Of a stretch of 64,000 nt of DNA, positions 1 through 13,999 are shown piece after piece. Positions within the stretch are counted from its first letter, which is position 1, and each line of letters opens with the position of its first letter. The stretch lies in NCBI GenBank assembly GCA_011109175.1, contig RDEW01000008.1:326588-390587 (forward strand). Direction: 5' to 3'. The notes under the pieces are model-generated. The model did not search any database. It had not been told where the DNA came from and saw only the letters and a program-made list of their open reading frames with translations. This stretch comes from Dicyema japonicum. Taxonomy: Eukaryota; Animalia; Dicyemida. Made by a program: the position numbers and the translations under genes.

Positions 1-190
1 AGAACGTAATCCACCGTTTTCAAATAAAAATAGAATCACTCATTTTCATATTTATTATATTCAAATCTTATTTTATTTAAAATAAAAATAATTTATTTTA
101 TTTCAAAATTGTAACAAATTACAATTATATTCCTACATTAACAAAACGTTAATTTATAGCCAAAAAATGAGACAATTTATTAGAAAAATG

Positions 191-717
191 TCAAATAAAG
201 TCTTTCAACTCCTCAGGAACATAAAACTTTTTGCATCGACCATAAAAGATCTCAAATACAACTATAAATCTACATTGTAGTAGTTATCCTTTACAATGTC
301 CTCAATTTCCTTCTCACTGCTTATGTGCTTCAACTAAATGTCAGTTATTGAGAAGACCCTATGCAAACTGTTTCTTAGAGACCGTTTAATGACGGGATCC
401 TCCTTTTTCAACTCCCTCTCCTCTTTAAGCTTTAGAAGATGATCAGTGGCTATTTGGGAGCAAACATCAATCAATTCTGATCTTTCAATGCGATTTTTCT
501 TAAGCTGGATAGTTTTTTGAATTTAGCTACCTTTTCAAATAATGTCTTGCATTCCTCGTGTGGATCAATGTCGCTCATTGACGAGTTAATTGCGTTTACG
601 AGAATCTCATCATCTTTGCGAGATTTTTTTAAAAAAGTCTAAAAACTTAATAATTACCGTCCGTTTAATCACCTTGAAAAGAGAATAATCATGACAAAGA
701 TTAATGCGATCATCCAT
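191..717 (-). CDS. MIX23: MIX23/CCDC58 (Cid2 family) mitochondrial intermembrane-space protein, 5 exons
   Basis: Hand splicing of four GT-AG introns (34 or 19, 26, 24, 23 nt) gives an open ORF MDDRINLCHDYSLFK|TFLKKSRKDDEILVNAIN...ECKTLFEK|LKKNRIERSELIDVC...SEKEIEDIVKD...|IFYGRCKKFYVP. This matches the CCDC58 pattern (C..F..FQ..LK..R..DD, C..L, E..VE..V.D, F..RC). Stop TGA at 193-191. Not in the supplied ORF track. Confidence 0.85.
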
Positions 718-1339
718 CACAAAAAACTATTAAAAATCCACATGCTGGAAATAATTTTTAAAAATTAATAATTTTATCATTTAATAAATATTCTATTTTA
801 TGTTTTAATGTATTTTTGCCTGTTTATATGCGATTATCAAACAACAGTGTTCATGACAGTCTTAATTAAAAACAATTAAGTTGTTTAGTCAACTGTCATT
901 TATGTAATATGTGTTTTGTGCATGGTTGTTAAATGGACTAACACTAAGGAATTACTGTTTTCTGTTGGTTTCTATGCAAATATCGATTCCATCTAGCATT
1001 AAGGAATTATTGTTTAAAATATATTGGTTTAATACAAAATAATGTACGAATCTTTTACTGTTCTGTGTTATAATCTCCAATACTATGACTAATTGGTGTA
1101 TTAGACAGACCAAGTTGATTTAGGTTTTCCATTCGTACATTATTAAATAGTCTACTTATATTTGTCATAGATGATATGAATTAGAGACCATCTGACACAC
1201 TCTAATTTACTAATCAATATGTGATTAACTAAATTCCTGATTCACCCTATTTTGAAGCAAAACAACATGTCCTTTTTCCTATCAAACAATTTCCATCTTC
1301 TATCCGCTTCCACTCGTAATTATTATTAAAAACCAAAAA

Positions 1340-1803
1340 TCATCGATAAATTAATTAACTACATAGCTGTTAGGTGATTACGGCCGCCTCGAGTAGCCAT
1401 CTCATTCTTGCTCGGTGTTCTTCCTGGGTTCCAACGCATTTCCGGATTGGGCGGGGGTTTCTAACTTTTTTGGAGGGTAGTAAGGCTCCGGTTTTCCTCA
1501 CTAATTCATCAAAAGGTGTAGGGTTTAGAAGTGTCCAAGAAAACCTTTGCAAAGCTTTACTGGCCATTTTTTGAAAAGTATTGATTTTTTCTATATTCCT
1601 GTTTGATAGGTTGGTTCCCCATGCAGCATACCCGTAGGACGGTTGAATATACTGCACGTAGAGCGAGTCTAAATTTGAGTTGAAACACCCCTTATATTGT
1701 CCAAGGAGTGTTTTAACAAAATTTAGCTTTCGTTGTGCCAAAGAGATGACGTTGTCGATGTGTTTGCTGAAGGTCAAGAGTGGGTCGTAAGTTACGCCCA
1801 GGA
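1340..1803 (-). mobile_element. 5'-truncated I/Jockey-group LINE, 3' end of RT ORF
   Basis: ORF 1370..1777 is preceded by LGVTYDPLL and continues TFSKHIDNVI...YVQYIQPS..YAAW (post-RT thumb region). It ends EEHRARMRWLLEAAVIT*, a terminus shared with copies at about 21200, 45560 and 58886. Confidence 0.8.
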
Positions 1804-2408
1804 ATAATGATCCTCCAAATGATCTCTGTGTCCTCGAACTACCAGCTTTCCAAAATAGCTTCCATGCGAGATACTCTACCGTAGTCCACCTACCAAACTA
1901 GTCAATTCATCTCTGACAACCGAATGGTTTCAGATAATAGAATGCGTTTGAAAATCTTCCTGATATCTATCCATTCTAATCTCAAGCTACAGATGATAAA
2001 CTTTATCAGACGCCGCAGAGGACAAGTTATAGTAAATAATCAAGTCAAAATCACAAAACATCTCAAGCAGAGTTCCACAAGGATCTTCATTATCTCCAAC
2101 ATTGTTTGACCTATTTATTAGTGACCATCCAGTGCCTCAAATTCCATATTTTTGTCTTACATTGAGAACCTCATAATCTCAGTGAGACATATAAGACTTG
2201 AGGAGACACAACCATACACGAAATATTGAACTGGTTCTCAAATAATCCTTTAAATACCTTACCAGATTAATTGCATATAGCAATATTCATCTTACAAAAA
2301 TAGGTGGATAATACAGGAAATTAAATGACTCCTCAAACTAGAAACCCACTGAGTCCATTAATATCACTCAAGTGGTATCTTCGAGGATCCAAAATAAGAA
2401 TAATTGAT

Positions 2409-3520
2409 CTTAAGTCGTCGACAATATGGCTAAAATACGGTGACAACTCACCTCGATCGTAGGCGTTGTACACGTATATGCAAGACCGCAATATTTTTTG
2501 GGGTCGATCAACAAATACATGTCCCCACTGTAAGTCAAGGAGCATGTCGGTTGATCATTTAGCCACTCGATGTGGATCCATGCTCTGCCACGACTATGTG
2601 TGGAGGCATAACGAGGTAGTAAGGAGTCTTCATCTTCTACTATGCAATAAGTATGGTATTCGCCACACCAGAAAGTTGCGGACTCATAAGGTGCAATCTG
2701 TAGTAGAGAACACCAGGGTACAAATTAAGGTAGACAGTGTTATCCGTACCTCGGTGCTAGTCAAGCACAATAAACCGGACATTGTGGTACACGATAAGGA
2801 GTCTCGCCAAGTCCTTATCATAGAGGTTGGCATCACGTCTCAAGACCGTTTGCAGACTGTGGAGGTGGAGAAAAAAAGGAAGTATGACTTTCTTGCAAAC
2901 GAGATGGGGCAGATGCTTGGTTGNNNNNNNNNNNNNNNNNNNNNNNNNNNNNNNNNNNNNNNNNNNNNNNNNNNNNNNNNNNNNNNNNNNNNNNNNNNNN
3001 NNNNNNNNNNNNNNNNNNNNNNNNNNNNNNNNNNNNNNNNNNNNNNNNNNNNNNNNNNNNNNNNNNNNNNNNNNNNNNNNNNNNNNNNNNNNNNNNNNNN
3101 NNNNNNNNNNNNNNNNNNNNNNNNNNNNTGGAGAAAAAAAGGAAGTATGACTTTCTTGCAAACGAGATGGGGCAGATGCTTGGTTGCAAGGTCCTCGTTA
3201 TTCCAATAGTAATGACGTGGGAAGGAATTGCAACAAAGTACCACAAGGATTATCTGAAGCAGTTTGGGGTAGATAGGAAGCTCCAGGCCTATCTACAGTC
3301 CACTGTGTTAAAGCGGACCCTAGAGAGCTTGACACTGGAGTATAGGAGGCAGAGCCCTGAGATGCCATATGGGCAGGGGGTTCAATTTGATAAGGCGCTC
3401 TCGGAGTTGTTTCAGTAACCAGAATCGAACCTGCCTGAGGAGGCTGGCAAACAGGCAGGCGAGGAAGGTTGTTGATTAATAAATATATTAACTTTTTTAT
3501 TGTTTGTTAAATAAAGTTCG
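2409..3520 (+). mobile_element. R4/Dong-like non-LTR retrotransposon 3' part (CCHC finger + restriction-like endonuclease)
   Basis: CPHC..VDHLATRC..RHNEVV..NKPDIVV..IIEVGIT..KKRKYD (CCHC, RHN and PD-(D/E)xK RLE motifs). Nearly identical to 35169-36015. Contains an N gap. Confidence 0.9.
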
Positions 3521-4039
3521 TTTTAAATATAATAAATTAGTTCATTTATATTGTAAAATATTATTTAGTTATCCCTTTGCATTTGGTACTTCTAATAATA
3601 ATACGCAAATATACTTTCATACATTTATTGAATTCTTTCATTATATTTTGACATGACCTCCAGTCCTTATCATTCTCAAAGTAACAAGACTACAACAAAT
3701 CATGTTTATACTTGAACAGATTCATGTAATTCTTTGCATCCAGTCATTCTAATAAGATCATTAACTGAGATATCAGAAGATGCAATTCCAACTGTACCAT
3801 ATTTCATTCCTCACTATTTATTTTATCACTATCAAACGAATACAAAAAATTTAAATTAATTTTTAATTAAAAAAATTAATTTTTGTAATATAATAAAATT
3901 AATTATTATGGGTTCGATTCAACCATTGGTTAATAAATTGGCTTTCTTTTTTGTTATCCCGTTCGTAGTCCAAGTTATCTTAAAGCATATTATCCCTTCA
4001 GATCTGTTTCATTATTTTAGCCATGATGTTGATATTTAC

Positions 4040-5750
4040 ATCCGAATCTTCAATAAATTGGTTGAGGTGGTGCCTCTCTAGCTATGTCTCAAACATTTTT
4101 ATTCCATCGCCTTTTAATGTCGCATCATTTAATGTTAGAGGACTTCAGCGAGCTCAAAACGGGACACCCTGTGCGAGGACCTAGACCGCTACGAAGTTGA
4201 TGTATGCTTCAAGAGACAAAAGCTGCAGGAGAACACGATGAAGTTTATGGAAAATACCACCTAATGTTACTACCATTTGATGCCGACACTAAGGATTAGG
4301 ATTTGTTGTCCGAGCTTCGTTGAGAAAGCGAGAGTTTCAAAGTTTGGAGTGTTAATGATCGTATTGCGATTAATCACATCAAACTAAAACCGACAGGGAA
4401 TAAACTGTTAACTATTGTATATGCACCCCATACCGGAAGAGTATTTGGTACCTCTGATGAGTTGGACGAATTTTATGAAAGTCTTTCGAAAGTGTGCACA
4501 GAACTGAACAAAACAGCAATCAAGTTTCTGGTGGGAGACTGGAGTGCCAAAGCGGCCATTAAGAAAAACCACAAAATATGTATTGGGAAGCATGGAAGAG
4601 AGTATCAAAACTCTTCTGGATAGTCTCTAATTGGGTTTTGTCTAGCATTTGGTGTTTATCTCTGCAATACGACCTTTAAACATTCAGTCAGGCATAAGAC
4701 GACATGGACTGGCCACAGAAAAGGCCGAGACGGTCGAGAGATTACAATATACAATTAACATATTATGTCAGAATGCACATAAAAACTCGCTCGTGGACTC
4801 ACAATCATATGGAGGAGCTGTACTGATCATAAGATAACGGTGGCTCGGATATGCATACGGAAACTATTTAAACATTGTTTACTCTAGCTAACATTAACAT
4901 CCAAGACTAACTACAGAGGAACTGATAAACAACATCGTGAAACGGAGAAAATTTCAAGACAACATCGATCAACACACATCACAACTAAATATGGAAGAAA
5001 AGCAGATATTTCCTGGAAAAGTTAGTCGAGACTTTTAAACAGGGCGCGACGGATACTATCAGCCACAGAAGTAACCATTCGAACAACAACTACGCACATT
5101 ATGATTAAAAACTAAGGGATATGTAAGACCTCTAATGAAACATCTACCTGAGAATAGAAAATTGTTCTCTAAACACGAAAAAGAAATAAGGAATCAACGA
5201 AACAGAATCCTTCATGATTTGAGTCCTGTCACGTCTATTATGGACAAAATACTTAGACGAGAAGGTTACCGAATTTGAAAAGCTCTCACCTGAAAGTCAA
5301 ATGTTCATGACTGTACAGTTGCTTAATCGAGGTTCCCGAAATTCCAAAATATGGATATGGGATGAATCGGAACACCTAATATTGGATGATGGGGACAAAG
5401 TCTCACGAATTGCTGACCACTTTCAGAAACAATTCCAAGTCGATGAAGACAGTCTGCGCATGATACATATGCTATTATCTGAAACTGAACTACTCGACAG
5501 AGTAAAAGTCTAGACCTTTTTCTACCAATGTTGGAACTCCATAAGGAGACACTCTATCCCCTGTATTATTTATGATCTACCTTGAGGCAGCTTTGAAAGA
5601 TCTAAGAAAATAAATTGGATGCCTGGACAACCACTTTATGTAACTCATTTACGCAGATGATGTCGATTTTGTCTGGGAAGATCAGGAATTTATATACGTT
5701 ATTAGGGAGAAAGCGAAAACAACTTTGACGCGGATGTGCTTTAACTAACT
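4040..5750 (+). mobile_element. Degenerate RTE-clade LINE (APE endonuclease to RT)
   Basis: Broken motifs ASFNVRGL, VYAP, GDW.AK, RHKTTW, then GTP*GDTLSPVLF and YADDVDF. Many stops and frameshifts. Confidence 0.75.
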
Positions 5751-6179
5751 CTTAAATAAAGTTGAACATAATAGAATGTATAATTTTTTATTTTTCTATA
5801 CCTATTTTAGCTTTTTTTTATTCTCAATACGGTATTTTCTATGAATCCTAAGATTGTGGCCATTCCTGTCTTATTGTCCTTTGTTTTGAGGATCAAAGTA
5901 AAATCGAAAAAGAATAAGTTTGATTTTGTAAGTAACTATTCTTATTCTGCAGCTAATCCGGCTATTCAGGTTTTAAGTTAAGACCATTATCAACAATCAG
6001 GTGTTAACATTGCTAAACTTTTGATTATGAGTAATTGTTAATAAACTTTATATTCGTTTTTATAATACCGCCAAATATATTTCTAATAAACCCAAGTAAC
6101 AATATCCTCCCATTCCATCAAATATTGCTGCAGCCCCAGCTAAACATACTTGTGGCGGTGGACATTGCACTCAAGACCG

Positions 6180-6535
6180 GCCGCATCAAAAATATTTTCT
6201 ACTTTAGATTCTGACCACCATGGCGTCTTCATAGGATATCAACCTGATGTCATCAATAAAGAGCATTGTTTTGTCATATGTAAACCATACTTCATTATTC
6301 ATACTTTCTGAAATTTACATTCAATACTTTGTAGGACAAATATATGTGGAAATGGAATCCCTCTTGCTAGTTCAATGGGTTTCCACTTAATGTTAGTTGA
6401 AGAATCTACATTTTCACATGTTTTTTTGTAAAATTAATATCTTCTAGTAGTCCAAAAAGAAAGTCATGATTTACATAATCAAACTCTTTTTAAATCGATC
6501 CACACTGAGCATAAATTACTTTCATTTCCCCATCA
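6180..6535 (-). mobile_element. Highly degenerate RT remnant of an R4-type element
   Basis: Minus strand reads ..KKEFDYVNHDFL..IELARGIP..MLFIDDIRL, similar to the NHLLFIDDLK motif of the R4-like copies at about 47000. Confidence 0.55.
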
Positions 6536-6789
6536 CGTCTTCTTGACGACCAGAACACGTGTCACATCTTCTCTTGTCTGATTCCGTTTTTGAGTTCTAC
6601 ATAGAACCAAATAAACCTGTCGGATCTATTGGAGTATCCGTCATTGTTTGTAACGTTCCTGCTAGTCACCTGTTTCTTTCACTCGAAAGACCCGAGGGTA
6701 AATAAATAAGTTACTTTTTTGCATGTTGATACAATTGTTGACCAAAGGCAGTTCCTCGGCACATCTTACCAAAATTCTCAAGCTTGGAA

Positions 6790-7850
6790 GAATTCCATTA
6801 TTCGGATGATCCTAAACCAGGAAAATCTAGGACGGATCCCTTGGACTAAAGAATTATTAGTATAATAAACTCAATTTCAAAAATCGTGGAGAAGCTGATT
6901 TATAAAAAAGCAACTTACGCGCTACATCGAATCACTAATTTACTCAGCAAGGAACAATGAGGCTTTCGTCCGAGGAAATCATGTGGAGGTAGTTTTTTCA
7001 TCTTGAACTCTGAGATTGAGAAGCCCAGGAACTTCAAATATCAGCTGAGTGTCGTCTGCCTGGATATATCAAAGGCTTTCGATAGTGTCTGGTATGACGC
7101 TCTGTTTTGTCAGCTAGCCCGGAAATTTTACTCGATTGGTTAAGGAATTTTCTGACAAGGAAAAGATCTTTGTGAGATGCGGAAGATCTACTTCTGAAGA
7201 GATTGTAATGAAGAGGGGAGTGCCACAAGGCTCAGTATTAAGTCCTCTGATATTTAATATATTTATGAATGATTTTCTGCTCCCAGGAATTCTAGTACTA
7301 ACGTGATTATTTACACGGACTATCTACTGATATCAGACGTCTCGAAAAGTCCGGTGGTGTCTGAAGGAAGATTAAGTAGATTTTTGTAGGGAATTTTCTG
7401 GTGGTGTAAATCCCTTGGCTTAAATCTCTCAAAAGCCATGCGTATTTCACACTATAGAAAGTTTTTTCAATAAGAGTACACATTGAGTGGTATCACCAAT
7501 GTTGATCATTTTCGTTATTTAATCGTATGTTTTGGATGTGCTAAATGAAGAAGAAAAAGGCTTACCAAGTACTACTGTGTTTACGAAAACTCGATTTTTA
7601 AAAGAATTATTCTCCCCTCTCTCATTTAAGGATGTGAAGGATGATATTTTTCGCCCAAAAGAAAAAGAATAATCATTTTTTGGACAAGAAGAGAAGGATG
7701 GAAATTAATCTGGCCCTTCGTAAAAGGGGTGAAGAATCACTAGATGAAGAGAAAACCCTGATCAAATCAGTAAGGAGCGTTAAACAGAGTTTCTCCTGAG
7801 GACCAAAGTGGATGTTCATTCAGAAAATACTGTCCCAACAACTTATTTAA
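6790..7850 (+). mobile_element. Degenerate APE-type LINE RT remnant
   Basis: KPGK...ISKIVEKLI, Q*GFRPRKS, LDISKAFDSVW and GVPQGSVLSPLIFNIFMNDF across frames. Confidence 0.75.
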
Positions 7851-8099
7851 GACAATCAGCGTAAAGTAAGAGACGTGTTTGCAAAACTCGAAGGAGAAAT
7901 TGCAGAAATAGGAACAGGTAATCGTCGAACTGGGAATAATAGATTGAGTAGACTAGTCTTTGTTGTACTACAGCAATAATTACGTAGTTTATTAATTCTT
8001 TGCAATAGACAGTCCAATTTAGTAGTAATTTTTTTTGACATCCTTTAACGATTGCTTATTTTCTGTTGCAATCATTAATATATTCTGAGTAGGAAGTGA

Positions 8100-8400
8100 T
8101 CGAGAAAATCCTACGGACGGTGACAGTTAATTTGATCTTCACTTCTTTTTTCTTTTTCTTGTGTGTGGGTCCTTTCTAGACAATCCAGTTCCGCAGTGAG
8201 TACCCAATGATGACGGCGTCACTCGTCAAACCCTATTAGCATCGTAGATGCGTGGGACCTTCCACCAGGTGACGCTCCTAAAAGGAAGGAAGAAAAATTT
8301 TTAATCAAGTAGTTGAAATTAAAAAATTCTAAAGACCACAGTAAATACTTACATGATCCCGGCACGCTCCAACAGAGACCTTAACTTTCCGAGATCTTCG
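8100..8400 (-). mobile_element. SINE-like fragment next to a LINE 3' tail
   Basis: Minus strand CTACTTGATTAAAAATTTTTCTTCCTTC matches 32830-32857, followed by a GCGTCAC..GTGACGC stem (8216-8275). 8320-8395 is a LINE tail (LLERAGIM*). Confidence 0.5.
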
Positions 8401-8439
8401 GAGTGATTAACCAATGGAAATAATAGCCAGACACCGTAA

Positions 8440-9130
8440 GGCATGTATTGTTTGCTTCAGGACAGGAACTTGTTTTTTTGATAGCAATGATTATGTTTTC
8501 TAAGAAATGAGTGGATCATTTGACTACACATTGTAGCAGAATACTCAATAGTGATTATGTAAGAAGGTATAACAAAGTTGTTAGATGCATTTATGTAGAA
8601 TGTATGTCATCAAGAAGTCTATACGTCTAAAAACACACTCAGTTCAATCAATTGTCACGACGCAGAGGGTGGAAATCCGAGACACTACCATCATGACTAA
8701 CACTGAAATGCAGCACAATAAACAAAATATTTTCGTTTATGACAAAATAAAGAATGTGATTGTAAAATTTTGAATCACCTCACATGAATCACTCAAGCAG
8801 AAATGGAAAAGCTACACAAGTATGACTTATTAGCAGGATAATTAAAGATGTTATACAACGCTCCTGTGAAAATTATCACTATAGTTTTGATATGGGATTA
8901 TATCCACGTGCTACAGAAACTATATGAAAGCTTTGTCGTTTGCCAATAAAGTATATATTCAATCGGTGATGTATAGAAAACATTAGAAAGGATGATTGTC
9001 GAGCACAAGTATGGATTCAAGACACCAACTGAGGAAATCCTTTGCACGTCAAAGCGACTGGAAGAGTGGGTAACTCATTACACTGATGAAGTGATGAGCC
9101 TGTAGTCCGAGGAGGAAGTGGAGGCCAGTA
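8440..9130 (+). mobile_element. Degenerate second family of R4/Dong-like RLE element
   Basis: QDRNLFF, VDHLTTHC..DYVRRYNKVVR, THSVQSIV, QHNKQNIFVYDK and KYDLLA: the same motif order as the 34545 element but divergent. Confidence 0.7.
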
Positions 9131-9144
9131 AAGTTCATCGTATA

Positions 9145-9445
9145 TTAAAATTAACTCCAAAGACCACAGTTAAACCGAAAAAACTAAGTGATCCCGACAA
9201 ATTAGATCAAAGCTCTCATCTTTGCTCGGTGTTGATCCCTTGAGCCTACACAAGTTCGTTGCGGGCAAGCACTTCCTTTTTGGCATTGGTGTCCATTTTT
9301 GTTTTTTTCGATTAATTTTTCCATGGGCGTAGGTGATTTAATGTTTTCCCCTGTATACCATCTCTCAGTTAGTTTAAAGGCCCTTTTCTTGGTTGCGGAG
9401 ATTTTCTGGATGTTCGTATAAGAGGCCAGTTGTCCCTATGAAGTA
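9145..9445 (-). mobile_element. I/Jockey-group LINE 3' end fragment
   Basis: Minus strand ends QHRAKMRALI*FVGIT* followed by the shared TTAGTT..TGGTCTTTGG 3' UTR. Confidence 0.6.
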
Positions 9446-9599
9446 CACGAAAAAAAACTTGTTTAATTCATTTTTCATTTTTTTCATGAAGTACACGCAT
9501 ATGAAATGCACGGTTCAATGTACTGTGAGTAGAGTGTTTTAAGTATAGGGTGATGTCCAACTTTTCACAGACCTGTTAGGCATTTCAGAAGGTTGATTT

Positions 9600-12500
9600 T
9601 CTTCTCACATTTGTTCAGCGTTGGTTGAGCTGGTGATGTGGCTCTATTGCACACATGTCTTTTTCGTGCTTTTCTTCGGGATCTTTCACTATTTGCTCGT
9701 TCAATGTAAGAGGATTAAACTCGGATATTAAAAGAAGTTCTCACATTTGTTCAGCGTTGGTTGAGCTGGTGATGTGGCTCTATTGCACACATGTCTTTTT
9801 CGTGCTTTTCTTCGGGATCTTTCACTATTAGCTCGTTCAATGTAAGAGGATTAAACTTGGATATTAAAAGAAGAAATTTATGCGTGGATCTTGGATCGTA
9901 CAAGGTAACCGTGGCGTGGAAACGAAAGTAAAAGCCGGACTGGATGAAATCAACAATGATTTTGCCTGATTCTGCACCCTTTGAATTGCCCACACTACGG
10001 CATGGGATTTGCAATACAAAAAGAACTGAACAATCGAATCCACAAGACGTGGAGGGTGAGCGATAGAATATGTGTTTTACAATTAAAATACGGTGAAAGG
10101 AACAATTCCATAATCTCCATTATTAATGTATATGCACTAACTTCGGTGAGAGTATCAATCAATGGAGTCGAACTAGACGACTTCTATTCCTCCCTGTCGC
10201 AACTATATGCATCTTTGGAAACATCGTTCATGACATATATCGCCGGAGATAGGAACACAAAGGCAGGACGTGGGAGTAGTCACGAAGAATTCATGGGAAG
10301 CCATGGAAGGGGGATCAGGAACCATTCAGGAGAATCGCTTATCGAATTTTGCAATACATTCAAACTGGACGTGGGAGTAGTCACGAAGAATTCATGGGAA
10401 GCCATGGAAGGGGGATCAGGAACCATTCAGGATAATCGTTTATCGAATTTTGCAATACATTCAAACTATTTCTATGCAATACTGCTTTCAGGCACTCAGC
10501 AAGACATAAGACGACATGGAGCTGCTACCGAAAAGACAAATCCGGGACTATCAAGCCTATACATAACCAAATAGATTACATTATCTGTAAACAGCCTACA
10601 AGGCACTGCTAACAGATTCTCAGAGCTACAGTGGGACACTAGTAGATAGTGATCACAGATTGGTTGTGGCACGTTTTTTCAAACGATATTTTGGGGTTTC
10701 CAAAGCGGCTGGCATGAGGATATCCGAGGGGAGGTTCGTAGTAGAGCAACTCTGCATGGTGGAACCGACTCGGAAAAGCTATCAAAATACATTGAGAAAA
10801 AAGATCAGACAGTGGAATAAAGAAAAAATGCCTGGGGAGCTGTGGCAAGACACCATCGATGCAATAAAGTGCGCGGCCCATTCAACAGTTGGAGTAAAAC
10901 CGAAGCATTTAAACGGGCACTATGACCACGAGCTTGAAGAATTATCCAAATTGCAGAGGAACCTACGTTTACAGGTCGAAACCTGCCAGGACCAGGCAAA
11001 GGAACACACTCTAAGAGTCATGCGGAACCAAACCCTGTATAAAATAAAGAAAGGAACGAGGGAAATAAAGGAAAATAAACTTGNNNNNNNNNNNNNNNNN
11101 NNNNNNNNNNNNNNNNNNNNNNNNNNNNNNNNNNNNNNNNNNNNNNNNNNNNNNNNNNNNNNNNNNNNNNNNNNNNNNNNNNNNNNNNNNNNNNNNNNNN
11201 NNNNNNNNNNNNNNNNNNNNNNNNNNNNNNNNNNNNNNNNNNNNNNNNNNNNNNNNNNNNNNNNNNNNNNNNNNNNNNNNNNNNNNNNNNNNNNNNNNNN
11301 NNNNNNNNNNNNNNNNNNNNNNNNNNNNNNNNNNNNNNNNNNNNNNNNNNTTTATTGTTCTAATTAAAGGGAATTGGAAAGTTTTTTTATTAAGCGAATT
11401 TTGCGTTTAAAGTCGACACTGAGGCAATCAAAATTCAATAAAGTCGTAACTTAAATTATTTGTTTAATTTAATAAAACTGATATTAACCAATTTATTTTA
11501 ATAAAAAAGTGTTTATATAAATAGTTATAAAGTCAATAAAGTCAATTTTTATTTTTTAGGTCAATTTTTATTTTTATGGCAAATTGTAGTCATTTAAAAA
11601 AAATTAATAATTACAAAATAATTATAATATTGAATATTAATATAATTTTAAATTAAAACGTGTACACGCAATTTTCGTTTGTTACTGTCGTGTGACAAGA
11701 TTGGGGAGCTGTGCAGGCCACCGTCGATGCCATAAAGTGTGTGGCCCATTCAACAGTTGGAGTAAAACCGAAGCATTTCAAAGGACACTATGACCACGAG
11801 ATTGAAGAACTATCCAAATTGCAGAAGAACATACATTTGCAGTTCGAAACCTGTCAGGCAAAGGAACACACTCTAAGAGACATGTTGAACCAAACCCTGT
11901 ATAAAATGAAGAAAAGAACGACGAGAAATAAAGGAAAATAAACTTGTTGGAATAGCTAAAAAAGTAGAAAGTCTCAAAAAAGGAGCGCAGATGTTCAAGG
12001 CTGCTCACCTACTACATAGAGACATGCAGTCATCAAAAATCACAATACATGATTAGTTTGGAAAGACAATGTTTAACAAAAATGAAATTTTATCGGCCAT
12101 ATCCAGTTACTATCACCTGGTTTTTAATCAGAACTACGGGGAAAACATTAAACAATTCGATGGTGAAGTATGAGAACTAAATATTCTGATAACGATTCTG
12201 AAAACAAAAAAAGCCCTGGACAAATTAAACAACAATAGAGCTTCTGGCCGACGATCTGGATNNNNNNNNNNNNNNNNNNNNNNNNNNNNNNNNNNNNNNN
12301 NNNNNNNNNNNNNNNNNNNNNNNNNNNNNNNNNNNNNNNNNNNNNNNNNNNNNNNNNNNNNTATCGGCCATATCCAGCCATTATCCGCAGGCCTTCAATT
12401 AAAACCACGGGGAAAATATCAAACAATTCGATGGTGAAGCACGAGAACTAAATATTCTGATAACGATTCTGGAAACAAAAAAAGCCCTGGACAAACTGAA

Positions 12501-13975
12501 CAACAATAGAGCTGCTGGCCCTGACAACATAAATGCAGAACTTCTCAAATATGCACCGACCGAGATCTCTGAACTATTAACTGAGATATACAACAAAACA
12601 TTCAAATACAACTCACCACTAGATGTGGGTAATGGCACACTAATTGCACTACAAAAACCGGGTAAAGCTAAAGGCCCCTTAACGAATTTAAGACCCATCG
12701 TACTATTGACGACTCTACGCAAGACACTATCACTTATAGTGCTGAACAGGATTGGATCTGACATCGAGAACTTTCTCTCTTACGGTCAAATCGGATTCAG
12801 GTCAGGGAGATCTACAGCTGATGTGGTCTGGGGACATCGATGGCTTTGTGCAACACATCAAAAGTACAAGGGGGCTATTGGCATCCTTGGCATGGACATG
12901 TCCAAAGCCTTTGACTCTATACACAGAAGGAGACTTTTGGAGAAGTTTGTTGACGAGGACAGTGTCAGAATAATCCGCCTATTACTTGGAACAACGCAGC
13001 TAAGTGTACGTTTTGGAAATTTGGAGTCTGTCCCATTCGAGACATCGTTCGGGGTACCGCAAGGAGATTCCTTGTCACCGGTACTTTTGTGACATATCTG
13101 GAGGCCGCACTTAGAGACTTCAGACTATTAATTGGCGATCTACTTCAAAGTGACGTGATTTATGCAGATGATATCGACTATATATCCAGCGACGAGAAAA
13201 CATTAAACTATATACGGACAAGGATGCCAGATGTCCTAGAAAAATGGTTCATCAAATTCAATACGGAAAAGACGGAGACAACTACCATACGCCGTGAACT
13301 AACCCGAACTGATGAAAAATGGAGATACTGTAAAAAATTGGGGTCGTTGCTCGGAGACGCTGAGGATATCACTAACAGGAAGATGTTGGCCGTCGCGGCC
13401 TCTAGAAAAATGGGAGTAGTCTGGAATCATCGTAAACAAATTAGCACACAACTATGTGTGAGACTATACAATGCCTTCGTGAAACCAGTCCTAATGTACA
13501 ACGCTGCAACCTGGGGTGTCTCAGAAGCGGTAATGGACAAACTAGATGCCTTCCATCGTAAGCAACTCCGACTTTGCTTGGCATCAACTGGACGAAAAAA
13601 ATTACAAACAAGAATCTATACAAAGTATGTAATACAAGACCATTGAGTCTGGATATCCTGGAATCAAGATGGCGTCTGTTTGGTCACATCCTTCGAATGA
13701 GCCAGATGACGCCTGCTAAAATAGCAATGGATAACTATTTCTGCACAGAAGTGAATACCTTGTTCCGTGGAAGACCTCGCATAACTTTGCCAGAGGTTCT
13801 ACACAAGGACCTGACCAATGTAGGACGAAAGCTGAAAACTGGAGATGATCTGGATACGCTCGGAATAACTGCCTGTAACCTCGGAGCATGGAGAAAGTTG
13901 GTCAAGAGAATTGTGGAAAAAAAATAACCTGAAGAAAAATACGGCACAAGCGGAACCTTAATTAAATAAATTACA
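9600..13975 (+). mobile_element. Near full-length RTE-clade LINE(s), frameshifted, with gaps and duplicated segments
   Basis: APE motifs SFNVRGL, INVYA, YIAGD, QIDYII and SDHRLV. RT motifs LQKPGK..RPIVLL, Q.GFRSGRS, DMSKAFD, GVPQGDSLSP and YADDID. RTE C-terminus RWRLFGHILRM..RGRPRIT. Confidence 0.9.
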
Positions 13976-13999
13976 TTTTTGGTTCTTCGAAAGTGTTAA

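Noticed and set aside
3590-3720. LTR-retrotransposon integrase remnant (SPYHSQSN)
   Set aside because: Only one short motif with no supporting ORF or LTR.
2757-12426. ORFs spanning N runs, and short antisense ORFs in the supplied track
   Set aside because: They are artefacts of gaps or shadows of TE and host exons.
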